Part shown: positions 11,331-25,232 of the stretch, piece after piece
How positions within the stretch are numbered: the first letter of the stretch is position 1
Layout of the letters: the number at the start of each line of letters is the position of its first letter
Source of the DNA: Mobula birostris
Lineage: Eukaryota
Assembly: GCF_030028105.1 (NCBI RefSeq)
Contig: NC_092377.1
Coordinates: forward strand, 68,540,569-68,604,568
Length of the DNA: 64,000 bases
Direction: 5' to 3'
The notes under the pieces: generated by a model
What the model saw: the letters and a program-made list of their open reading frames with translations, nothing else
Told to the model about the DNA's origin: nothing
Databases searched by the model: none
Position numbers and translations under genes: made by a program

Positions 11331-13864
11331 AAAGATGACCTGGGACTCAGGACAGCTGGCGTTTATAGGATTCGCTGTGAATACAGAGCAGCATACATCA
11401 GCCAGATGGGACACACTGTTGATTAGTGATTGCTGGTGCTGTAACAGCATTATACCTGAGGAAATAAGTTTTCATCACCCAGATCTCAAACCAATCACAA
11501 AGCTTAATATGAACATCACAGCTATAATGCCTATTCTCCTGTGCACTTGAGACATGGTTAATCCCAAATCAGGCAACACTTAAATGAAAGACTCCAAATT
11601 CACCGGCAGGATAAACAAACCAGAATAAATGTTCCCAGCACAATACTCTAATTATGCAGCTGGTTAGTTTGTTTACATACCCAGTTTATGACTCCTATGA
11701 CAGGCAATCAACTCTAATTACCAGATTAAGAATAATTCTAGGATGTTCCTTTGAAAAAAATTCAACAATCCAACCGATGCATGGGAATCCCTTATTCACA
11801 ACTGTTCATCAGCGCCAGAGTCCCACTTCATGTACATCCAGTGTGGGACAATATATGAGCTAATCTTGTGCATCTTTGGCCACACCAGTTACTTGTACAC
11901 TGTGTTTATAAGATTTAAAAAATATTTTAATTTTTTGTGCTTTTATGCTGCATCGGATTAAGAGTAACAATCATTTTGCTTTTCTTTGCACTTGTGTACT
12001 GACAATATGAATCATGAGTCTTGATTCACGAATTTTAGGAACTTGCTGAAGCTTAGTTAAAACAGAAATACACCTCCAGTACAACTTACCCATCTGTGAA
12101 GTACCACATCTGACAATATGCCAATTTCACATCGGCCTTTTCAGTTACCAGGTGACTCAGGGAATTGGAATTAATACCCCAGGGACTGCCCAAGAAAGAT
12201 GAGAACAAGCACTGGTTGCTGTGCTAACACTTTAGGTCTCAAGTTTTACTGTTTAGATAACTTGCACTTTCATGTCTGTATTCTGTTGTGCTTCTCACAC
12301 AATTTAAATGAACGAGGAATACTGGGGAACAAATCATTCAAATTCTTTCATCATACAGCATGGAACCAGGCTCTTCGGTCCATCAAGTCTGCACTAATCC
12401 AGCACCAATTAATATTAATTCAATTATCACCTAAACACTGGGAATTTACATTAATTAGCCAAACAACAAAGGAATGGGAAAGAACCAAGTGTACCAAAGA
12501 ATTTGGAGAACATGCAAACTCCACACAGACAACACCAGGTGTCAAGATTGAGCACAAGCCACCACAGGCGAGGAAGCAGCTACATTAGCTGCATCACCCT
12601 GTTACCATTCCCAATAAGAAACAGGCCTAATAAAAAATTTCAAAGACATGGGAAATTTTTCTTGAAACAAGCAAGGAACCTGTCATTTTGAACTCTCCTG
12701 CAAACATTTTAATTATTTATATATATATATATATATTTTTTTTAAGTACCAAGCCCAAGAATCAGAAAGGACAATAATAGGCCTTCAGTATTATCACAAG
12801 CAAAGCGAGACACCATATGCACAACCCATTGTTCAGCAAATAACACCCAGCTGTAACTTTACAATTCTCTCAGCCAGTTTTGTTTGATTTACCACAGAAG
12901 CCAATTTATCTGCCATTTTTGATCCCACTCTGTTCTCCATTGACCTCCAGTACCATTGTATTTGTTGGGACTTTCAGTGCAGATAGGGACTGTCAACCAT
13001 ATTGACATTAACTTCCATTCCCTTCAACCTTCAGATTTCAGGTGCTTTACTAAGACTCTTATAAAAATCCTTATATAAGCATCTGTCACTTCAAATTTAA
13101 CTCCCCCATCACCACCCCCCTCCCAATTTCACTTCCATTATTCAAACCAAAGCAATTCAAATCCTGTCATTTCTGACTGTGGGGCTAAGCACAGGTCCAA
13201 CGCCATATTTAAGTTTGCTGATACCACCACTGTTGTTGGGTGAATCAAACGTGGCTCATGAATCAGCATATAGGAGGGAGTCTGAAAATCTGGCTAAGTG
13301 GTGTCCTAACAACCTCTTACTCAATGTCAGCAAGACCAAGGAGCCGATTTAAGACTTAAGTGGAGACTGTCAGAAGCTTGTTTTTGAAAAATGGCTGGTG
13401 AACAAAATTACCATTACTGAATAATACATCCACAGTACTAAACACTAGCTAAAAATATATCCACCTTGAGTTGAAATTGAAAGATACCTGATTTAAAGGA
13501 AATGCGTGGAATTCCACCACCATATGTGAAATGCTTTAAGCAACATGCTGCTAAGTCAAGAGCGCTGCACTAAAGTTAAATCTGAGGAGTACCAGGTTGC
13601 CTAGTAGTCATCATTTTACTTAATTTGGCTGTAAATGAAAAGTTAACGTGCACATTTCATGTCAAACATTAACATTTAAAAGACTATCAACCTACCAATT
13701 TGCAACAAAGCCTCTGATTACATTTTCAATATCCAGTCAGTTGTTAAAAAATGGAACTGTGTCATGCTTAACTATACCTCAAAACTATGAAACAAGAACA
13801 AAATCTATGAACCCAAACAAAAATAAATTTGAAACTCCCAACATCTTATTAAGTTATAGCAGTC

Positions 13865-13870
13865 TTTAAT
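13865..13870 (-). terminator. Candidate CCT4 polyadenylation signal ATTAAA
   Basis: About 130 nt after the stop codon, followed on the minus strand by a U/GU-rich tract (tttatttttgtttgggtt). Confidence 0.5.
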
Positions 13871-14001
13871 TGGAGAAAAACAGATGTGGCAAATCTACAC
13901 AAACAAGTCAATGAGAACAGATGGCTTGTCTCAAGGTTCATTGACAAAGCTGTTGAAACCACAGGGAATTCGAAATCTTTCACATGTTGAACACATTGGA
14001 T

Positions 14002-14016
14002 TTATCGTGCATTCAC
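14002..14016 (-). CDS. CCT4: CCT4 exon 14 (VNAR-stop)
   Basis: Acceptor ttttcttacag|GTG AAT GCA CGA TAA, matching the vertebrate CCT4 C-terminus VNTR. Confidence 0.93.
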   Translation of the reverse strand: MNAR

Positions 14017-14288
14017 CTGTAAGAAAAAAAAAGTAGCCCTATTTAGTTAACTGCATTTGTTAAATACATTGAGCTTTTCTTGTTTTGTGTTTTTTTGGTC
14101 TTCAAACTCAATGGAAATCCAAGTTTAGAGCAGTAAGATGAGCATAATCATGTAACATCAACAGAAAGTCCAACAGAAATAATTGTTCTGCTCACATTGT
14201 GTTTACAAAAACTAACTCTTTGGAACATTGTAAAATATTTTAAAAATCCTCCCCCATTTCTCCAATTAAATTTACAAATGAAAATTAC

Positions 14289-14402
14289 CACATCATCAAT
14301 CTTTAGGATACTGCGAACAGTTTCTGTTGCCAAGGTCAAGGCACTGAGGGAGACCAGCAGAGGCTGAACAACCAGCTCCTCCAGAATGTTAGAAATACCA
14401 CC
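14289..14402 (-). CDS. CCT4: CCT4 exon 13
   Basis: [38 protein letters not shown]; 114 nt, AG/GT boundaries. Confidence 0.97.
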
Positions 14403-14504
14403 CTGAAGAAACAAATTGCTGAATGAGAAGCAATTCTGATATATTAATGCAAAACATTTTTCTTCATTACATTACAAAGACTGATTAAGTAATGAAAATT
14501 TCAC

Positions 14505-14739
14505 CTTTCGCACATTAATTCCTGCAGTCTTTTCCCCTTGTGCATGTCTATTTCTCAGCTCCGTCACAGTAGAAATAGGATTAAGACCTGCATTTTCAGC
14601 CAAAGTCGAAGGGATAATTTCCAGGGCATCGGCATATGCCCGTACACAATATGCCTCCATACCACTAAGCGTTCGAGAGTACTCGGTCAAACGCAGTGCT
14701 AACTCAATCTCAGGAGCTCCACCTCCAGCAATTAAAGCC
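14505..14739 (-). CDS. CCT4: CCT4 exon 12
   Basis: [31 protein letters not shown]...GINVRK; 235 nt. Confidence 0.97.
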
Positions 14740-15325
14740 CTGTTTAGAAGAAAAGTTACATTTTCTGAACTTTGTAATCATTTCCCTTTTATACTCTGTT
14801 TATCCAAACAATGAATTTACCCAGACCAGTAAGATGTTTGATTCTGCCTACAGTACTACAGTTTCTTCCTTTACATTATATCAGACAGAATTTTAAGTGG
14901 TCTTACTTTTAATATCAAGTTTATTAAGCAAATAGTTTCACTGGGCAGGCCAACTTTTTTCTCTCAAGCCAGTGTCTTTCAACATCACCTAGCATCAACT
15001 GAGAATTCTGAGAAATTCATTTCAGAACTTCCACAACCAAGGACATTTAAAAACATCAAAGCAAATACATTCTATAATTGTTTATCATCAGTTCACTTTG
15101 AAAGGTGCTACCAGATGAGAGGAAGAAGTAACCAGAGATCAACTTTTGAAGTAATATCAATTTCTGAACCAGCATTGTGAACAGTGGCATCCAGAAAGCA
15201 GCTTTTTTCTGAAATCTGACCCTGAATTTTAAGTAGCTCAATTATGAATATTCAATGGAAGTCCTCCTTTTGTTGAACAACTCCCAGTTAATGCTCATCA
15301 TAATAAAAGGTGGAGGGAAAATTAC

Positions 15326-15456
15326 CTTTTCTTTACCAAGCAGCGAATAACACATAAAGCATCATGAATGGAACGCTCAGCCTCTTCCATAACCAATTTA
15401 TTGGACCCTCGAACCACAATGGATACTGTTTTTCCTGGATTGGCACAACCAGTAAT
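15326..15456 (-). CDS. CCT4: CCT4 exon 11
   Basis: [43 protein letters not shown]; 131 nt. Confidence 0.97.
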
Positions 15457-15484
15457 CTAAAGGACAAAGTATTCAATTTAAGGA

Positions 15485-18150
15485 TTAGACCATGAAACAT
15501 ATGAGCAGAATTCGACCACTCGGCACATCGAGTCAACTCCACCATTACACTATGGCTGATGTACTATCTCTCTCAACACCATTCTCCTGGCTTCTCCACG
15601 TAACCTTTGACACCCTGACTAACCAAGAACCTATCAAGCTCCACTTTAAATGTACTCAATGACTTGGCCTCTACAGACGTCTTCGGCAATGAATTCCACA
15701 GATTCACCACCCCCGGCTGAAGAAGGTCCTTCATATTTGTTTTAAATGGATGTCCCTCTGTTCTGAGGCCGTGTCCTCTGGTCCTAGACTCACCCACATC
15801 CACTCTATCTAGGTCTTAAAATATTTGACAGATTTCAATGAGGTTCCCGCCTCGCCGTTTTTCAAAACTCCAATGAGTACACGCCCAGAACCATCAAACA
15901 CACCTCACACGTTAACCCTTTTATTTCCAGAATTATTCTTGTGAACTTCCACAATGCCAGTGTATCTGTTCTTATCTGGGCCCAAAACTGCTCACAATAC
16001 TCCAAGTGCAATCTGAGCATTGCCTTGTGAAGCCTCATATCACATGCTTGCTTTTATATTCTAGTCCTCTTGCTAACATTGCATTTGCCATCCTCACCAC
16101 TGACTCAACCCTTTGCACCTCTGATTTTCGAATTTTCTCCATTTAGAAAATAATCTATAGCTATATTCCTTCTGCCACTACCTTGCTCATTCTCCCAATC
16201 TGTGCAAGTCATTCTACAGCAGGGATTCCATCCTTTTTTTATGTCATTTACCCCTACCATTAACCGTGGGTTCCGCGAACCCACACTGGGAACCCTTGTT
16301 GTACCGACTCTCTGCTTCCTCACCACCTACTTCGTATTATCTGCAAACATGGCTACAAAGCCATCAATTCTGTCATCTAAATTAACATATACTGCCAAAA
16401 GATGCAGTCCTACTACCAACCACTATGGAGCACCACTTGTCACCAACAGCCAATCAGAATTATCATTACATGCTGTGTCGTATGACATAGGCAATCATGG
16501 TTTCACGACTATGATTATTCTTGGCAAATTCTACAGAAGTGGTTTGCCAATAATGCCTGTTGGGCAATGTCTTTACAAGATGGGTGACCCCAGACATTGT
16601 CGACATTCTTCAGAGATTGCCTGGCGTCAGTGGTCGCATATGCCAAACACAAAAAGTCCTTTTTATTCTGACTCTTGGAGGCGATCAGCCAATCTTCTAT
16701 CCATGCTAGTATTTTTCTTGTAATACCCTGGACCTTTCTCGTTAAGCAGCTGCATGTGCGACACCTCAGCAAAGACTTTTTGAAAACCCAAGTAAACAGC
16801 ATACACCGTTATAACACAGCCTGGTATTTCCTCAAAGAATTCAAACAGATTTGTCAGGCAAGATTTCTCCTTAAGAAACCATCATGCTGACTTTGGTCTA
16901 CTTTGTCATGAGCTTCCGAATATCCTGAAAAATGGACTCCAACATCTTCCCAATCACTGAAGTCAGGCTAACTGGCCTATAATTTCTTTTCTTCTGTCTC
17001 CCTCTCTTCTTAACCATGGAGTACATTTGCAATTTTGCAGTCCCAAGGAACCATTCCAGAACCTAATGATTCATGCCTCCACAATCTCTTCAGCTACCTG
17101 CTTCAGAATCCTGTGGTGTAGTCCAGATGGTCCAAGTGACCTATTCATCTTCAGACCTTTCAGCTTCTCAAGCACCTTCTCCTTAATATTAACAAATACA
17201 CTCACTTCTGCCCCCTAGACCCCTCGAATTTCTGGAATACTGCCAGTGTCTCCCACAGTGAACACTGATGCAAAACACTTAAGCTTGTTTGCTTTTATGC
17301 TGTCTTTGACTTCCCTTGTCAGCCACGGTTGCCTCATCCTTTTCATCTTTGGGATGCATCAATCCTATGCTTTCCAAATAACTTAAGCCATTGCTGTTCT
17401 GCCATCATCCCTGCTAGTGTTCCCCTCCAATCAACTTTGGCCAGTTCCTCTCTTATGCCTCTATAAGTACCTTTATTCCACTATAATACTGATACATCTG
17501 ACTTTATCTTCTTCCTCTCAAAATGGAGGTTGAATTCTATATCATGATCTGTCTCCCAGGGGTTCCTTCACATTAAACTCCCTAATCAAATCTGGTTTGT
17601 TACACAACACCCAATCAAGAATTGCCTTTCCCCTAGTGGGCTGAATAACAAACTGCTCTAATAAAACCATTGCTTAGGCATTCTGCAAATTCCGTCTTGG
17701 GATCCAGCACCAATCTGATTTTACCAATGTACCTGCACATTGAAATACCCCATGTCTATCCTAACATACACTTATTACATGCCTTTTCTTTTTCCCGTTG
17801 AAATTGATATCCCTCATCCTGGCTATTGTTTCGGGACTGCATCTAATTCCCAATCAGGGTCTTTTTAACCTTGCAGTTTTTTAAATCTACAATGACTCTA
17901 TATTTTCCAACCCTATGTCACTTCTTTATAAGGATTTCAATTATTTTTTTTTTACCAACAGAGCCACCCCACCCCCTCTGCCCACTTGCCTGTCCTTTCG
18001 ATACAAGGTGTATTCTTCGATGATAAACTCCCCACTATGATCTTCTTTCAGCCACAATCTCAGTGATGACCACGTCATACCTACCAATCTCTAATTGCAC
18101 CACAAGCTCATCTACCTTATTCTGTATACTGCGTGCATTCAAATTCAACA
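15485..18150 (-). mobile_element. CR1-type LINE, degenerate, in CCT4 intron 10, with nested MITE and SINE-like inserts
   Basis: CR1 ORF2 remnants (ILAWIEDWL, VVNLWNSLP, SRTRGH) with many frameshifts. Confidence 0.88.
16220..16298. mobile_element. About 75-bp hAT-like MITE, copy 1
   Basis: cagggattcc...gggaacccttg termini. Flanks ttctacag / ttgtaccg are a decayed 8-bp target duplication. Confidence 0.6.
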
Positions 18151-18394
18151 CCTCAAGTCTTGTTACTCAACGCCAGTTACTATTAGCCCAAGCAATCTTC
18201 CACTCCGCAGGCAGGAGTGGAAGATTGCTTTTTAGAAATGGCACATGAAGTCCAAACTGAATCATCTCCAACTCACTTTACAATCTCCTGTTCCGCAGAC
18301 TATTACAACAAATATAATTACATCTGATGTTAAAGCTTTAGCACAGCTTATTTGAAAATTAGATAGATCTGCTGTTATCTTTTTTCATTATTAC

Positions 18395-18505
18395 CTTGAC
18401 TAATTTGCCAGATCCATTCAAAGTGACTTCTTCTGCCAACTCTGCAGAGCCCAACATGTCTGGTGTGAACTGCTCAAAATGAGCAACTGGCTTTATGCCT
18501 AAAGT
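18395..18505 (-). CDS. CCT4: CCT4 exon 10
   Basis: [37 protein letters not shown]; 111 nt. Confidence 0.96.
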
Positions 18506-18641
18506 CTGCAAAGAAATATACTTAATGTTTTTTTTCAAATCAAAAGAAACAAATAAACAAATTTAAAACTGACAAGATATTAATATGGAAATTAAATCTA
18601 AGCAGCTGTACTTTCAGAAAGATTTAATTATTCTCTTATAC

Positions 18642-18738
18642 CTTACAGATGAACTCAATGTCTTCTCGCTCAATATCCTTAATCACCATAATCTTCATCT
18701 TGTTGAGGAAATGGAGGGCCAGGTCGCTTAATGCATCC
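18642..18738 (-). CDS. CCT4: CCT4 exon 9
   Basis: [32 protein letters not shown]; 97 nt. Confidence 0.97.
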
Positions 18739-18849
18739 CTGTTTTAAAAAAACATTAATATTAATCCCATCAAACATAAACTGGTCCAAAAGGAACAGAA
18801 GATTCAGAAGCACAGGTTACTTGATAAAAATACTTCCTCCTTTAGCAAA

Positions 18850-20185
18850 TGATGTTTGGAGTGTTGTGTTCAGTCTTGGTTGCCCTGCTATAGGAAAGAT
18901 ATTATTAAACTGGAAAGAGTGCAGAAAAGATTTACAAGATGCTGCCAGTCCCTGAGGGACTGAATTCGAGGGAGAGGTTGGACAGGCTTGGACTTTACGC
19001 CTTTGAACAGGGGTTCCCAATCTTTTTTATGGCACGGAGCCTTACGATTAACCCTGGGGCCCAGGGATAGGAATCCCTGCCTTAGAGCTCAGGAGACTTA
19101 GAGGTGATCTTTATGGAAGCGAAAAAAGTTGTGTGCAGCAAAGATAGAGTGAATACACTTATTCTTTTTCTTTCAGAGTTGGAGAATTAAGAACTGGAGG
19201 GCATAGGTTAAAGATGAGAGGAGAAATATGTAGTAAGAATAAGGAAACTTTTAATACAAAAAAAGGGTAGTATCTATGTGGAATCAACTGTCAGCAGAAG
19301 TGGCTGAGTTAGGTATAACAGGTATTAAAAGATGATTGGACAGGTTGAAGGATTGGAAAGGTTTCTAAGTTAATGGAACCAGTTTGGAAATGCATGTTGT
19401 TCAATATGGTCCAATTGGGCTGAACAGCCTGTTTCCACACTGTGTAATGCTATGACTCAAAGTGAAAGGTATTGCGCTTTTTCATGTTAAACCAGGGCAG
19501 CAGTAAACATTAGTGCCCTGGATAGTTTTGTACAACAGAGAAACCTTGGGCAAAGTAACATAGTTCCCTGAAAGCAGAGACACAGGTTGATACGACAATG
19601 AAGGTTGCATTTGCAATGCTCACCTTTATTAGCCAATGCACTGAATACAACAGCTGTGATGTAAATGCATCAGTACAAGTCACTGAGACCACTCTTGGTG
19701 TATTGGTCATGCAAAGCAAGTTATTAGTCTGGAAAGAGTACAGAAAAAAATTACGAGGATGTTACCAGCACTGGGGAGCTTCAGTGAAAAGGAAAGGTTG
19801 GGCAGACTGGGACTACTTTTCTTGGAGTTTAAGAAGCTGAGAGGTATAGAAAATCTTGAGGCAAGGAAGATGATAGATAAGGTGGATGATCACGGTCTTT
19901 TTCCTGGGGCAGTGGAGTCAAAAATGGGAGAATTAAGTCAAGAGGGCAAAGATTCGGAGAAACTCCAAGGGAATTTCTTTCCCCCACTTAGAGGGTGGTG
20001 GATATATGGAACAAGTAGATAGAGGAAACTGTGGCAGCAGATAAAATTACAATATATAAAAAGCATTTCGACAAACGGAAAGAAAAGGTAGGGATAGCCA
20101 AACACGCAAATTAGGCAAACTCAGAAACGCATCTTGGTCAGCAAGAACAAGTTAGGCTGAAGAGCCTGTTTCTGTATTGTATAAC
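18850..20185 (+). mobile_element. Two old CR1 3'-end fragments in tandem
   Basis: Remnants of the [17 protein letters not shown] and ERLGRLGLLFLE motifs, occurring twice (about 18850-19460 and 19560-20185). Confidence 0.7.
19008..19079. mobile_element. About 75-bp hAT-like MITE, copy 2
   Basis: caggggttcccaa...ggaatccctg with flanks cctttgaa / ccttagag. Confidence 0.62.
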
Positions 20186-20593
20186 TGTCCCATCCAGGGT
20201 TTTAATTAATTTTTAGCTTGATAAAGTGACTTCCTAATTTCCAATAATTACCTCCAAACAGGTGTCTATGAAAATATTTTACTATTAATCCAAAGTAAAA
20301 TTTCTACAAGTTAACTAAACAGGTTTACTCAAATTAAGCTGAACATATTTTTACATCGTGATGAAATCACTAATGAGAAATATCCACTCATAAAACAGGG
20401 AGCTTGTATTTTAACATACCCTCAACAATTTCAAATGACTTAGTACATTATAAACAAACTTCAGTGTTACCAGAAATTTATCCACTACAGTAGATAATAA
20501 CATAAGTAAGTCCAAAACCTAGTATTTTGTTCCATCAGCAAATCCTCCAAGAATCTCTTCTATAACTAGGTATCTATAGGTTAAAAACATTAC

Positions 20594-20733
20594 CTCAAAA
20601 TTGATTTTTGTATCAGCAGGACATTGCATCCAGCTTTTTTAATCTGCTTCACTAAGTTCAAAATGTAGGTTCTTTCTTCACGTAAAACTCGGTCCATCTG
20701 AGTATAGTCAGACACTACGATCTGATTTTCCAT
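20594..20733 (-). CDS. CCT4: CCT4 exon 8
   Basis: [46 protein letters not shown]; 140 nt. Confidence 0.97.
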
Positions 20734-21724
20734 CTACAGAATAAAATGAAGAATTCAGAAATGCTGTGACAAGAAAATTTTGTAAACAATAACAAAGAGG
20801 ACACCGATAATTATGGATTGATGCATTTTGCAATACCACCCCAATCAGAAGTGCCATAGCTTGAACGTCAATCCCTGATCTTTTTTGATATGGCCAAACA
20901 AAGATAGGGCAATATAATAGAAAGAAAATATCTAATGACCTTTGACAAGTGCATTAGCTGGCCATTAATTAAACACACATACTGGGTATCGTGAAAGATT
21001 TGTCTTGCGTGGTGTTCAAACAACTCACATCATATAGTAATAGTGTACTGAGGAAATACAAGGTAAAACAGTAACAGAATGCTGAATAAAAGTGTTATAG
21101 TTACAGAGAAAGTGTAATGCAAATGGACAAACAGATACAACGTCATAATAAGTTAGACTGTGAAGTCAATAATTCATCTTATTGTACTATGGAATGACTC
21201 AATAATCTTTTAACAGCGTGACAGAAGTTTCCCTTGAGTTAGGGCATATATGCTTTCAGGCTTTTATATCTTCTCTTTGATGGGAAAAGGGATAAGAGAG
21301 AATGTCTGGGGTGGTTCGGGTCATTGATTATGCTGGCTGCTAAACTGAGGCAGCTGAGAAGTACAGGCAGTCCATGGAGGGCGGGTTGGTTTCCATGAAG
21401 TGCTGAGCTGTGTCCACAACTCTGATGTTTTCTGCGGTCACGCACCAGCATGCAATTCATTGTGTCGGAGGATAATGAGTACAAGACAAAATCACCAACT
21501 GCTGCCTAAAAGGAGAGAGTAAGATATGGATCTATGAAACTTCTGGATATACAATACATCTAATGGGAAATCTGAAACATTTATGCCCCGTACATCTGAA
21601 CACATTGATTTGGACAAGGTATAGGCACTTAGGTCATTTCCTTCATTTATAGAGATCATAACTAATCGATCCATTGTGACCACAACATTGTATTTCCATC
21701 TGCCTGTACATAGATGCACCAGAA

Positions 21725-22640
21725 GGATGTGTGCTCAGCCCCTAGCTCTACTTGTCTTACACCCATGAATGAGTGGCTAAGCACAGCACCAAAGCCATTT
21801 TCAAGCTTGCTGACTACCCGACTACCATACGCCGAATCAAAGGTGGTGACGAATCAGCATATAGGAGGGAGATTGAAAATCTGGCTCGGTGGTGCCAAAA
21901 CAACAACCTCTTACTTAGTATCAGCAAGACCAAGGAGCTGATTATTGACCAGGAGGAAACAAGAGGTTCATGAGGATGTCCTCATCGGGAGATCAAAGTT
22001 TGAGAGGGTCAGCAACTTAAAATTCCTTAGCGTTATCATTTCAGAGGACCCATCCTGGGCTCAGCACAAAGAAAGCACAGCAGCACCTCTACTTCTTTAG
22101 GAGTTCGCTAAGATTCAGCATGACATCTAAAACTTTGACAAACTTCTATACTTGTGTGGTGGAGAGTATACTGACTGGTTGCATCACAGCTTGGTATGGA
22201 AACACCAATACCCTTGAAAGGAAAACCTTACAAAAAGTAGTGGATATGGCCCAGTCCATCACAAGTAAAGCCCTCCTCACCATTGAGCACATTCTACGAC
22301 AGAGCATTGTCGCAAAAAAGCAGCATCCATCATCAGGACCCCCACCCCCCAGGTCATGCACTCTTCTCACTGCTGCCATCAGGGAGGTGGTACAGGAGCC
22401 TTGGGACTCACCACCAGGTTCAGGAACAATTATTACCTCTCAAACATATGGCTCATGAACCAAAGGGACCATCACTGCCCCATATTCCCACAACGTATGG
22501 ACTCATTTTCCAGGACTCTTCTTCTCATGCTTTCAATATTTATTGCTTGCTTGCTTATTTTATTTTATTTATTTCTTTTTGTATTTGCACAATTTGTTGT
22601 CTTTTGCACACTGGTACAACACCCAGTCGGCGCGGTCTTT
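21725..22640 (+). mobile_element. Rex1/Babar-type non-LTR retrotransposon, 3' part
   Basis: GDESAYRREIENLARWCQNNNLLLSISKTKEL and TNFYTCVVESILTGCITAWYG motifs. Related scrap at 13170-13350. Confidence 0.82.
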
Positions 22641-24289
22641 CACAGCTGAAAACAGCTATTTTCAAAGATCAACGTCAGTTGTAGCTGACAACACACTGCA
22701 TGGGAATCTTCAAAAGCCAAGTTGTACTAAAGCAAGAGACTTCCAACTATTTATGGCAAAAGTATTGAATGCTACTTGCTACTTAACTCAAGTAAAATAA
22801 CAAAAACTCTTGTAAAAATTGTTATATTATGCTTATACTAGAGCAGCACTTTGCATTTTACAAGGTCAACATGTGAAATGATGCACATAACCTTAACTAG
22901 AAAGCAGACCAAACTTATGGATAAGTAAATTCAAACTGAAGTCCATTCAGGCATGTAGTACACAGTTTGCCTTAACTGCCAACATTTTTTTTGTGAAAAG
23001 AGAGATGTATCGCATTTGTGTTACCTTCATACATCTTTAACAACTCTTTTACTGCTTCTCCCAATTTCATAAAGAAAATAGCCAAACATTGTTAACACGT
23101 TTGATTTCGTATGACCTGGGTACTCCGAGGATGAAGTTGGCCATGGTTTTGAATGGCTTACTCATTCAATAAGTAGCTTGTTGCACTGAAATGGGTATGC
23201 TAACATTTATTTAATTTAGAGATACAGCAAGGTAACAGGCCCTTCCAGCTCAATAAACCCATGCCACGCAATTACACCCATTTGACCCACTTAACCTACT
23301 AACCCACACGTCTCAGAATGTGGGAGTAGGGGTTGGGGAGAACCAGAGCACCTCAGGAAACCCACGTGGCCACAGGGAGAACATACAAACTTCTTACAGA
23401 CACCAGAGGGGACTGAACCTGGGCACTGGTGCTCTAAGTGTTACATTAACTGCTATGCTATCATGTTACCGCAAGAAGAAATGTCCAGTAAATTACCAAT
23501 TCGAAAAACAATGTTTGAGGTTTGGTTTCTGTTTGTAATTCTTAATGAAAACCAAGTATGACATTACCTCAGTGCTATTATGATCTTATTAATATCAGAA
23601 ATACAATACACAATCTACATCATTAATATTACTTATCAGTAAAACCATTATACATAGCCCTCAGACCTTTTAAGCACACGGTCACATTTTTATTCCAAAG
23701 AAGAAAAAATGTGACTATGTGTTTCAGATTAAACTCAAGAAAAATTGAATCATGTATTGCCCTTTCCATTGAGATTAGAATGGAATAGAGTGATTACTGC
23801 ATTCATATATGAACTTTGATTAAAAAAACACCACATAATTTTCACCAGATATACTATCAAGGTTGCAGTGCCTCACAGAAGCCTTCTTCCCTCAATTATA
23901 TTCAGATGTTTTAACACAAATGAAAAAACATCCTAAGTTTGGCAACGTGAAAGCCTTAAGCTATTCTAAAGTAGTTCAAGATAAAGAGGATGGAAAACCT
24001 GACACACAACAGAACTCATCAAATTTCAAGTCCAATACCAGAAACAGCATTAATTTTTTTTTTGCATACATGGTACTGGATTTAAAATCCACTCTGCTAT
24101 AATTTCTTACAAATTCTTTCTCTGTACTTTAAAGTTTACATACAAGGTTAGATCAACAGTTACCAATAGATTTTTCAGAATTCCAAAAAAACCCCCTACT
24201 GTGTGATGAAATTTTCTGAGCAATTGAAGGAATTAATGGCTGCTCATGGTTTATTATTTCAAGCAATCTACAAGTATAAAAGGACTTAC

Positions 24290-24422
24290 ATCTGTTTTTG
24301 GAGCAGACAAGCAGAACTGGATGAGTCCAATTTTAGCCTTTTCTACACGACTTATACCCGTATTGACAACTCTCTGAGTCAGAACCAGTCCATTCACCAA
24401 TTCACAGTCATCAATTGTTCCT
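24290..24422 (-). CDS. CCT4: CCT4 exon 7
   Basis: [44 protein letters not shown]; 133 nt. Confidence 0.97.
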
Positions 24423-25110
24423 CTGCAAAGCAAATTTTAATTACCCATTAACGTGCATTTCATCTTACAGGGAAAGCCAAGGCTTCTAAATGAAGCAGTA
24501 ATATATTTTGTATACTATGGTATAAAGATCCTCAGCAAATCAAATCACACCACAGAAGCAATGGAATTGAAAGTAATAATTTGGATCAAAAAATCTAAAT
24601 AATGGCCATCATTCAACAATTTCTTAAAATCCTTTTAATTCATTGATGCCTTTTGGGGAAGAAACTGACTATCTTAAACTGGCTTAAATGCAACTCATGA
24701 AGCACAGCAAGGCCATTTGCTACTACTATCTCCTGAAATGACTGAACAAGGCACTCAGTTGTACCATAACCACCTTATTTTAAGAATAAAATAATAAAGT
24801 AAGAGCACTTAGTACTGAATGCAGCTTTCAACATTGTTGGTTCTAATTCCCTATCCACAGGATCTTGGCTTCCCTGCAGAAAAGCAGCAGTTTAAGGTGG
24901 CAGTTCACTAACACCTTCTCAATGCTGTGAAAACCGCATCTCAAACTAAAGACTTCGAAAATTAGTTTGGCCTTTGCTCTGTCAAGTGCCCCAAATATTA
25001 GTGATCAAGATTTCGTGAAGCTTTTTTTCCCCCCGCTCATACAAAATCATCTCAGGAATTTGAAATTCAAAACATCAACCATAAACAGATTGACTAATAT
25101 TTCTTCTTAC

Positions 25111-25232
25111 CCCAGTTTCCTGATAATTTTGATATCTCTGAGATCCACACTAGTTGCAGTTGCAGGATCAATTACGCTCATTACCGCACCAACACTCATT
25201 GGAGCAAGAAGGCTAGCATATTGAGAAACCAC
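25111..25232 (-). CDS. CCT4: CCT4 exon 6
   Basis: [40 protein letters not shown]; 122 nt. Confidence 0.97.

Noticed and set aside
15020-15092. Possible C/D-box snoRNA in CCT4 intron 11 (CTGATGA...CTGA on the minus strand)
   Set aside because: No terminal stem, imperfect C box and no recognisable rRNA antisense element. It would need a snoscan/Rfam hit.
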